This document shows positions 56,809 through 64,000 of a stretch of 64,000 nucleotides of DNA, piece by piece. The stretch's first letter is position 1, and the number at the start of each line of letters is the position of its first letter. Where the stretch lies: positions 32,001-96,000 of IMG/VR virus record IMGVR_UViG_3300024265_000033; one strand, written 5' to 3'. Source of the DNA: a virus. Below the pieces are notes generated by a model, which saw only the letters and a list, made by a program, of their open reading frames with translations, searched no databases and had not been told where the DNA came from. A program made the translations under genes and the position numbers.

Positions 56809-57947
56809 ACACTCAAACAATACTAAAGTCTTTTCCAACTCTATATAAGAAGGATTCCAAAGGCAAGGTGCAAACTTGGGACGTTGCTGTGACTCAAAAT
56901 GGGGTAGAGGGCTTCTACATCAAAACAGCCCACGGCAAACTTGGCGGCAAGATTCAAGAAACTTTCGATCTCATTACTACAGGAAAAAACGTAGGTAAGG
57001 CTAACGAGACTTCTCCTCAGCGTCAGGCTGAATTGGAAGCAGAAGCTAAGTGGCTGAAGCAACAAGAGCGCAAAGGCTATGTCGGTAATATCGACCTAGT
57101 AAATACAGATACCCGTCCGGGAGCGGAACCTATGCTTGCGCATCGGTATGACAAATTCCCAGAAAAGATTGCATACCCCGCTTACATTCAACCTAAGCTT
57201 GATGGCCATAGATGTATTGCCATCATTGAAAATGGTACAACAAAGTTATTCAGTCGTCAGCGCAAACCTATCACCGGATTGCCACACATTACGGAAGCCC
57301 TTACTGTACAATTTGGGTCCGCAATAGGCAGAACTGTGATAGACGGTGAGTTGTACAATCATGACTACAAAGACAAATTCGAAGAACTCACGGGTTTTAT
57401 TCGCTCTCAGGAACCCAAAGAGGGTTACGAAGCGGTTCAGTATCATATTTACGACACGGTCGTCACAGCCCCTCAATTAGACCGTACTATGATTTTAGCC
57501 AAGAGTCTCATCGATTACACGGGCACAACCCTCCAATTGGTAGATACTCAACTGGTAGAAGATGAAGCGGAAGCTTTGGGAGCGTTTCGGACGCATCGAA
57601 ATTCGGGCTACGAGGGATCTATTCTACGAAACCTTACAGGAACCTATGTAGGCAAACGCTCATACGATCTTCAGAAGGTCAAAGAATTCGATGATGCTGA
57701 ATTCACTATTACTGGAGTCGAAGAAGGTAGGGGCAAAATGGCAGGCCATGCTATTTTCGTACTTATCGATCCTAAAACCAGTGTCCAGTTCAAAGCCAAG
57801 ATGAAGGGCACTATGGAGACTTTGGCGGAATACTTCAAAAACCCTACCCTAGTGGTAGGCAAAATTATCACAGTACAGTTTCAGGGCCGAACCAAAGACG
57901 GCATCCCTAGATTCCCTGTGGCTGTGAGGTTTCGGGAAGACGCATGA
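56805..57947 (+). CDS. ATP-dependent DNA ligase
   Basis: PMLA, QPKLDGHR, IDGELY, YEGSILR, KVKEFDDAE and PRFP motifs. Confidence 0.95.
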   Translation: MNTQTILKSFPTLYKKDSKGKVQTWDVAVTQNGVEGFYIKTAHGKLGGKIQETFDLITTGKNVGKANETSPQRQAELEAEAKWLKQQERKGYVGNIDLVNTDTRPGAEPMLAHRYDKFPEKIAYPAYIQPKLDGHRCIAIIENGTTKLFSRQRKPITGLPHITEALTVQFGSAIGRTVIDGELYNHDYKDKFEELTGFIRSQEPKEGYEAVQYHIYDTVVTAPQLDRTMILAKSLIDYTGTTLQLVDTQLVEDEAEALGAFRTHRNSGYEGSILRNLTGTYVGKRSYDLQKVKEFDDAEFTITGVEEGRGKMAGHAIFVLIDPKTSVQFKAKMKGTMETLAEYFKNPTLVVGKIITVQFQGRTKDGIPRFPVAVRFREDA

Positions 57948-58423
57948 AGCTCTTCAAATGGCCCTACTACGAATTCGACCATAAGGCCGTTGCGGAGCAT
58001 TTTGCCAGCGAGTTCGAACTCAGCTTTGTGAATGAATTTTGCGTAGGGAAAGACTACTACCCAGTAGCAGTCTACCGGATCAAAAATCCAGCTCCTCTAG
58101 TCAAGGAATATCTGTTACTTCAGACCGACCCTAATACCAAACACGAAACTGGAGCTGTGCGCGGGATGACGGGAGAGGAGATCGAACCCTATCGATTTCA
58201 GCACGGTCTACACTGCCTTAGGTGCGGAGACGTCATTTATTCAGTCATGCGGCATGACATGCACGCTTGTGGCTGCGGTGAGATCTGCGTAGACGGAGGT
58301 AGGGATTATCTGAGAGTTGTAGGCTCCAAATCCGCCTACGAAATGGTTGTGATAGACCTCCTCACAGACGACGTAAAGCTCTATGTACCTGAAACTACTG
58401 AAGAAGAAAATTCAAATAAATAG
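57944..58423 (+). CDS. conserved phage Zn-binding hypothetical protein
   Basis: CLRCGDVIYS..RHD...CGCG...VDGGRDYLR. Confidence 0.75.
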   Translation: MKLFKWPYYEFDHKAVAEHFASEFELSFVNEFCVGKDYYPVAVYRIKNPAPLVKEYLLLQTDPNTKHETGAVRGMTGEEIEPYRFQHGLHCLRCGDVIYSVMRHDMHACGCGEICVDGGRDYLRVVGSKSAYEMVVIDLLTDDVKLYVPETTEEENSNK

Positions 58424-58476
58424 TTGACTTTTCTCCTCCACCTTGCTATTCTGTATTTAGAAAGACGGAGGACATT

Positions 58477-59208
58477 ATGAAGAACTTGATTATATTTATT
58501 TCATCATTAATGCTTTTTGGATGCGCAAGTACCCCAAATACCAAATGGAATGACAAGAATATGCGTGTCATGATTGACCCTGATTCTGTCGATCAAAAGC
58601 AATACAATAAGGTTTTGGCCGCTGTGATGCGTCTGAACAAATTTACAGTAGTTGCCCGGGGACGCGGCTTCAAAGCCGTCCAGAGGGAGCAGGAACGCCT
58701 CCACGGCGAAGATACAGAGCATCGCTACAGTGACCGCGAGAAATGGGCTCACTGGGGAGAACTCTATGGCGTAGGAGCAATCATAGTGCCTACTGTGAAC
58801 TGTCGAGCCACACAACATGCCATTGGAGTCCACAATTACAATTCTTGTGAGCAGTTTCTACGGATCGTAGACGCTAATACCGGACAGATTCTAGTCATGG
58901 TTGAGGGCGAAAATGAAGCCGACCGAATGAGTATGGCCCCTGATTGGAATGAAGTGGCCTACAATCTCCACGAGCTTTATCACGAGTATGACAAAGAACT
59001 TCATTATTCAGAGAAGTTGATCGCGTATCAAGAAGCGTCAGCCCGAAGCGCGGCCCAATACCGACAAGCTAGGAAATCCCGAGCTGCGGCTAAACGAGCT
59101 GGCGACCGAGATATTCGCAGAGAACGTCTACAAGAACTCCTAGAAGACGAGCGCATAGCTGAAGAGTTCCGGGGTAACAAAAACCGAGCCCCTGCGGTAG
59201 TCAAATAA
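58477..59208 (+). CDS. CsgG/TolB-N/LpoB-like lipoprotein
   Basis: Lipobox LFGC; FTVVARG..AVQREQ..GELYGVGAII..LRIVDANTGQIL; own TTGACT-17-TATTCT promoter. Confidence 0.7.
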   Translation: MKNLIIFISSLMLFGCASTPNTKWNDKNMRVMIDPDSVDQKQYNKVLAAVMRLNKFTVVARGRGFKAVQREQERLHGEDTEHRYSDREKWAHWGELYGVGAIIVPTVNCRATQHAIGVHNYNSCEQFLRIVDANTGQILVMVEGENEADRMSMAPDWNEVAYNLHELYHEYDKELHYSEKLIAYQEASARSAAQYRQARKSRAAAKRAGDRDIRRERLQELLEDERIAEEFRGNKNRAPAVVK

Positions 59209-59217
59209 GGAGCGGTC

Positions 59218-59532
59218 ATGAAATTATCAAAAACTAACAGAGGCTTTAACAAAATAAAATTCGAAGATCGTTATAAAGAGGAGTGTTCCATTCAAGATAG
59301 CTCTTTAGCTACAGAGGCAGCTATTTGGTTCGGAGTAGACAACCCCTCTTTGATGATGATGGCAAGTCACGGGCAAGAAAATGGAACTGGCTGGATTAAA
59401 ATACCCCTTCATGAGAATGTGACTATTATGCCAACTCGAATGCATCTAACTCAAAGCCAAGTAAAAGAATTGCTGCCAATACTGCAACGATTTGCGGAAA
59501 CAGGAACCATAGGAGACGTAGATGAAGACTAA
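59218..59532 (+). CDS. conserved phage hypothetical protein
   Basis: TNRGF..F.DRY...CSIQDSSLATE.AIWFG..RMHLT motif. Confidence 0.75.
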   Translation: MKLSKTNRGFNKIKFEDRYKEECSIQDSSLATEAAIWFGVDNPSLMMMASHGQENGTGWIKIPLHENVTIMPTRMHLTQSQVKELLPILQRFAETGTIGDVDED

Positions 59533-59728
59533 AATTGAACAATGGGAAAATGAGTGTCTGAAGAAGAAACGCTACGACTCTTACTCTTTAGCTGAGAAAG
59601 TAGCCGAGAGAAGAACCGAGGAATGCGGAACACAGCTCTATACCTACCGATGCGAAAGTTGCGGAGAATGGCATCTTACCAGACAGACTCAGAGCTATAA
59701 ACGATTCAAGTTTTTGAAGGTTGTGTAA
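59522..59728 (+). CDS. small Zn-ribbon protein
   Basis: C..KKRY..YRCESCGEWHLT. Confidence 0.7.
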   Translation: MKTKIEQWENECLKKKRYDSYSLAEKVAERRTEECGTQLYTYRCESCGEWHLTRQTQSYKRFKFLKVV

Positions 59729-59819
59729 CGACAATATAGATTAGAGGGTACTGTTATTGATCGAGCGAATCGTCGTATAATAGCAGCTAAGTTTGGTTCC
59801 CGCGTGAGCCTAGCCTGTA

Positions 59820-60365
59820 TTATTTAGGCCAATACTGCACATGGAAGTGTAGTGCGCCTTTTCCTACCTTATGAATCTTGGCAGTCCAGCGATAATAATT
59901 CGGTTTATTATAGGTCTTATTGAACCACTTCACGAGGGCTTTTTGTTCCGCTTCCGTATAAAGCCACACTCTCAAGTCGAAGGCGTGCCAGAATTGATGC
60001 GGTGATTTGAATTTCTTGACTTTATATTTGACAGAATTCCTATAGAGATAGTCTTGTTCCTCGGGAGTGCGGTCAATCATAGTTACGACCACTTTTTTAT
60101 CGTAGTCTTTCTTGACCTTTTCGGTAAAGGCTATTAGGATTTTGTAGAGCGATGGGTTCTTTTTTTCGAGGTCTTTGATTTCTTCTTCGATGCGCTTCGT
60201 TTTGCCTTTTGGGAAGATTTCTTCTTTGCCTTCTTTTTTTGGCTCTTCTTTTTCGACGATTTCGAGCTTTTTCTCGCCTTTTTGCGCTTCTCTTTTTTCG
60301 CCAGACCTAACAGGCTTAGCAAAGATTGCCATAATCGTCGCAATAATTTTTTCAAGGATCTCCAC
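59820..60365 (-). CDS. M15-family Zn peptidase (probable endolysin)
   Basis: RTPEEQ, SPH..AFD and HFH motifs. Confidence 0.8.
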   Translation of the reverse strand: MEILEKIIATIMAIFAKPVRSGEKREAQKGEKKLEIVEKEEPKKEGKEEIFPKGKTKRIEEEIKDLEKKNPSLYKILIAFTEKVKKDYDKKVVVTMIDRTPEEQDYLYRNSVKYKVKKFKSPHQFWHAFDLRVWLYTEAEQKALVKWFNKTYNKPNYYRWTAKIHKVGKGALHFHVQYWPK

Positions 60366-60377
60366 ATCATACTCCTC

Positions 60378-60842
60378 CTACTCGTAAGTACCATTTAGGG
60401 TTAGCCCAGAGAAAGCGTCCATAGCTTCTAGGTCATCCGCGTCAGTTTCAGCGTCTACGGCTATCTGTGCATCATCAGTCATGTCTCGGAGAGCGTCTTT
60501 GTCGGACTCAATGTCAGTTGTGGCATTGCCTTTTGAAGACTCTTCGATCCAAGAATCATCTGATTGCTTAAGCCACGAATCTCTTTTTTCCCTAATTTCC
60601 GTCATTTTGGCTTCTCTGGCCGCAGTCATATCGACTTCTAAATCCCCGGAACCGTTATCTTGGAGTTGTTTTCTCCATCTTTTAGAGGGTTCGGGATTGA
60701 GATCCGTAATCTCATTTAATAACGTGTAAGACTCTCCCATGTCTACTGCAAGACGATCAAGCGCAGATTGAGCAGTCCCGCTTCTCGGTTGTACGATTGT
60801 GATAGAACCATCTGAATCTCTTTTAGCTGCCCATTTTCCCAT
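60378..60842 (-). CDS. tail fibre assembly/chaperone-like protein
   Basis: IREKRDSWLKQSD..ALRDMT; follows tail fibre gene. Confidence 0.7.
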   Translation of the reverse strand: MGKWAAKRDSDGSITIVQPRSGTAQSALDRLAVDMGESYTLLNEITDLNPEPSKRWRKQLQDNGSGDLEVDMTAAREAKMTEIREKRDSWLKQSDDSWIEESSKGNATTDIESDKDALRDMTDDAQIAVDAETDADDLEAMDAFSGLTLNGTYE

Positions 60843-63133
60843 TATTCGGCTCCCTCTTCATCCGCAAGTTCCCCAAAAACCAGTAAAGATAAATAAGTTT
60901 GGTCATTATCTACACCATTGGCTTGTATGTTAACTCTGACTGCATGTAAAAAGGAGGTTTTATTAATTGTAGTGGTATTGCCGTCCTTAACTTCTACAAC
61001 ACCGTATGAAAAATCACCTCCGCCTCCTGCAGCAAATCCTGTTCGTGAGATAGAGAATGCTGGCGAACCTTTGAATGGTTTTTCAAAATAGAAAATATGA
61101 TCTCCGGTTGACACATCAAAAACTGCCGCAATATTAAGACTTGAATGAATAGTATTTGTGGATGCATCAAAGACACACCAAGCTTTTGCCCTACTAAGAT
61201 CAATCCCGCCCGATTCGGTTTTTTTGTTGAGTTGAAGTCCCGGTCCCATTGAAAGAGATCCGCGTTGTATGTCAGGAAAATGCACAGGAGTGATAATATC
61301 CAAGGCATCTAAGTTAAAGTTATTCGCATTATTATTAGTGATAATAATTTCATGGAGTCCTAAAGACAATCCATTGATAATCAAGCCGCCCGTTGCTACA
61401 ACTGCATCACTTTGACTGTCCCATACTCCGGTAGACGCTGTAAAACTAGTTCCGACAGGACCGTAAAAACTTGACTCAGAACTGGCAGCTTGTGCGACAA
61501 AATTAGTATCGTTATAAGCTAAACCATCTATAGTCATTGTTACGTCTGGAGATCTTGAAGAATTCATAGTAGATCTAAGTTCAATTCCGGTACCAAAGAA
61601 AAGATAGCGAGCGGTGTCACCACTGTCTGTTAATGTTATTCTGATTCCGGCAGCGGCACTGCCGGGATCGAAACCTCTGCTCATCGCAGATCCCGCATAA
61701 ATAACTTCTCTAGAAGGGGCTTTTCTGAGAATACCCCCAGATATAGTGTCTTGGCCAGTCGTATTGTTAGCCGCAAAATCGCTCATTAGATGGTATTCTT
61801 GAAGTTGAGCTGAATTCTCAGGAATATTAGGTTTTTTAGGACCGTAAATGATGAAATGGGAGATACCGAGTGCTTGAGTGGTAGCAGCGTCTCTGCGCAT
61901 TTTAACCGTATGGGTTCCATAAGGAAGGCCTGATACTATTTTTGTAACAGTGTCATCTTGTACCGTATTGCCTGTTATTGTTCCTATGCTTGCGCCATCT
62001 ACAAATACGGTAGTAGTGTCTATTGTTGCTGGAAAAGACGAGTCTCCTCGTACTATGTCCAAACCCGTGCCAATAAAATTTAGGATTACAAATCCATTAG
62101 CCAAATCTACAAATATAGATTCTTTTCCACTAACTTGTCTTACATCGATTCCCATCAAAGAAGTAGTGTCGTCATCCAAATTAAAAGCTCTATCAGCATT
62201 AGCCGTTGTTATAGTGGCGAAATCATCCCCTCTATTTCTTCCAAAAACTCTAAAACCCGGTCTGCTAGTCTCTTCCTCATTTGAATGATCTGCCGCCGCT
62301 AGATTCAATTGGGTAATGTCAGTTTGCTGGAGAGCTTTTCCAATGGTTCCTTCAGGAGTAATATAAATGGCTGCCCGTCCACCTTTGCCATTGAGAATAG
62401 GTGCGCCGTCAAATCCTGAATCAAACGCTATAGCTTCTAAAGCTGGGTGTACGAATTTACGACCCCCATCAAACATTTCTCCCTGAGGAATTTGGATTTG
62501 TGTGTCTTCGTTTAAGATCTCAAAACCATAAACAGTTATGCCGTCTGCATCATCAATTCTAATTTTTGCAGAATGGAGGCCTAAAGCCAAACCAGAAGCG
62601 ACTGATACAATTTGGTTGGTATTAAAATTTCTTCCCTGTATAATACTAGATGCGCCGGAGATGAATATATTACTTCCGAAACCGCCCCCGTCAATGGACG
62701 CTTTAGCATCCCTATCGCTAGTAGTAAGGAGGGTAACGAGGTTTAATCCTGTTCCAAAAAATACAATTTCTACAAAAGCATCTATGCCTGCGTTTGGTCT
62801 TGAGCCATTAGTATCTGAAATATTTGCCCAAGTAGAAGCTCCGCCGTCCACAAAGCGAACTCTGGCGTCTTTATTATCGCCCTCATAAACCTGTTCTCCG
62901 TTCGGGCCTCTTTCATCTGTAACGGGAGTAGCAGAATTAAAGCGAATTCTTTCAATTCCTAAAAGGGGCTTCAGAGAAAGAGCAGGATCGGGCAATTGTC
63001 TGGGAGAGTCGTTTTTAGTGACCTCGGTATTCGGCGCATCGATCAACGGGGGATCGATAAAAGTGAATTCTTGACCTTTTTTGCCAAGAATTTCGCCTAT
63101 ATCTGCTATTTTGGTTTTCGTCTGATTAGCCAT
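60842..63133 (-). CDS. tail fibre / receptor-binding protein with three repeated beta-sandwich modules
   Basis: Repeats of F.GTG..L..IDG..GL..G.H; C-terminal AKAWCVFD fibre tip domain. Confidence 0.78.
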   Translation of the reverse strand: MANQTKTKIADIGEILGKKGQEFTFIDPPLIDAPNTEVTKNDSPRQLPDPALSLKPLLGIERIRFNSATPVTDERGPNGEQVYEGDNKDARVRFVDGGASTWANISDTNGSRPNAGIDAFVEIVFFGTGLNLVTLLTTSDRDAKASIDGGGFGSNIFISGASSIIQGRNFNTNQIVSVASGLALGLHSAKIRIDDADGITVYGFEILNEDTQIQIPQGEMFDGGRKFVHPALEAIAFDSGFDGAPILNGKGGRAAIYITPEGTIGKALQQTDITQLNLAAADHSNEEETSRPGFRVFGRNRGDDFATITTANADRAFNLDDDTTSLMGIDVRQVSGKESIFVDLANGFVILNFIGTGLDIVRGDSSFPATIDTTTVFVDGASIGTITGNTVQDDTVTKIVSGLPYGTHTVKMRRDAATTQALGISHFIIYGPKKPNIPENSAQLQEYHLMSDFAANNTTGQDTISGGILRKAPSREVIYAGSAMSRGFDPGSAAAGIRITLTDSGDTARYLFFGTGIELRSTMNSSRSPDVTMTIDGLAYNDTNFVAQAASSESSFYGPVGTSFTASTGVWDSQSDAVVATGGLIINGLSLGLHEIIITNNNANNFNLDALDIITPVHFPDIQRGSLSMGPGLQLNKKTESGGIDLSRAKAWCVFDASTNTIHSSLNIAAVFDVSTGDHIFYFEKPFKGSPAFSISRTGFAAGGGGDFSYGVVEVKDGNTTTINKTSFLHAVRVNIQANGVDNDQTYLSLLVFGELADEEGAE

Positions 63134-63147
63134 ATCTAATTATACCT

Positions 63148-63999
63148 CTAATCCCCTATCCTATTAACTGTGAGCCTGCCCAAAGACATAGTTGTGGTTA
63201 CGGAGTTGACTGCTTTCCCGTATAAACTAATCGAATATTCTCCCGGAGCCAAAGTAATGTCTTCGTGCATGGAAAACGCCCTTTCCTGCCCTCCTGCGGA
63301 AGCAGTATCCGTTCTCACAAGAGTACCGAATTCTTTCCCGTTTTTGTAAAAAATGAAGTGTTGAGTAGCACCATTCGATCCTCCGTTTTGCCCGGAGAAA
63401 TGAATATGATATCTGCCCTTTTTAGTCACCTTTACAGTAGTACCGATTGCGGTAGGTTGAAACAAATTCGAAGTAGTAGTGAAGCCCGCGACTTGCGTTA
63501 CTTCGTTATACCCAAAATCCACATCGTCTGGGAATCTTCTGAAATCTTCTAGGCCTTGCGATCCTATTTGGAGAGTGTCTTGAATTATGACTGAACCGTT
63601 TTCTTTCGGAGCGTGTATCGGAGTGTGGATGTGAAATCCAGTTACATTAATGGCTCCCGCTCCTCCCGCTCTATCTAAAGATATCGTATGTAAACCCAAG
63701 CTTAAACCTGTAAATTCTAGTCTAGCGGGTAGACCGGACCCTACGGCAATTGTGTAATTTCCTCCACCATTATTGGTCAAGTTTCCCCTATTAACTCCGG
63801 AAGCGTTAAGGACTCCGTCTATACGAACGTCCAAACCTGCAGAACCCCCGCCCGCAGTATTGGTTTGCATCGTAAAACCAGTTCCCCAAAATGTGTATTC
63901 CCACGGTTGATTATCGTTAAGAGAGCAAGTGGTAGATCCTCCGCCCCAAAGACTCGTATTTACCCCACTAACTGTCCAGTTAGCCCCTATATATGTAAA
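63148..63999 (-). CDS. tail fibre-like protein (5' truncated by window end)
   Basis: Frame is open from 63999; contains the same FWGTGF..IDG..GLSLGLH module. Confidence 0.72.
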   Translation of the reverse strand, partial: FTYIGANWTVSGVNTSLWGGGSTTCSLNDNQPWEYTFWGTGFTMQTNTAGGGSAGLDVRIDGVLNASGVNRGNLTNNGGGNYTIAVGSGLPARLEFTGLSLGLHTISLDRAGGAGAINVTGFHIHTPIHAPKENGSVIIQDTLQIGSQGLEDFRRFPDDVDFGYNEVTQVAGFTTTSNLFQPTAIGTTVKVTKKGRYHIHFSGQNGGSNGATQHFIFYKNGKEFGTLVRTDTASAGGQERAFSMHEDITLAPGEYSISLYGKAVNSVTTTMSLGRLTVNRIGD

Positions 64000-64000
64000 T

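Noticed and set aside
60842-64000. Diversity-generating retroelement acting on tail fibres
   Set aside because: No reverse transcriptase or template/variable repeat pair is visible in this window.

Overview
This 64-kb window is part of a large tailed dsDNA bacteriophage genome (Caudoviricetes), gene-dense and in the standard genetic code. The minus strand (1-52 kb) carries a Cas4-like nuclease, a proteostasis set (trigger-factor-like FKBP, GroES, ClpP, and a distant GroEL), head/packaging genes (head morphogenesis, portal, large terminase), many small accessory genes, an RNA-repair cluster (HAD phosphatase, Rnl1, nucleotidyltransferase, HD-kinase, plus Rnl2), recombination genes (RuvC, SbcCD, RecA/UvsX, UvsY-like), replication genes (PolA, primase-helicase) and nucleotide-metabolism genes (dNMP kinase, dUTPase, class II RNR). 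A plus-strand block (52.3-59.7 kb) has an SF2 helicase, CYTH, ThyX, DNA ligase and a CsgG-like lipoprotein. The window ends with a minus-strand M15 peptidase and tail-fibre genes. The most unusual signal is non-coding. Two oversized tRNA-Leu-like RNAs (145 and 133 nt) have perfect acceptor stems and D and T arms, no canonical anticodon loop and a giant structured central domain; each sits behind a near-identical sigma70-type promoter. A third aberrant tRNA-like gene lies at the strand switch, and there are several pseudoknot, iteron and palindrome elements. All calls come from motif recognition by eye; no searches were run.
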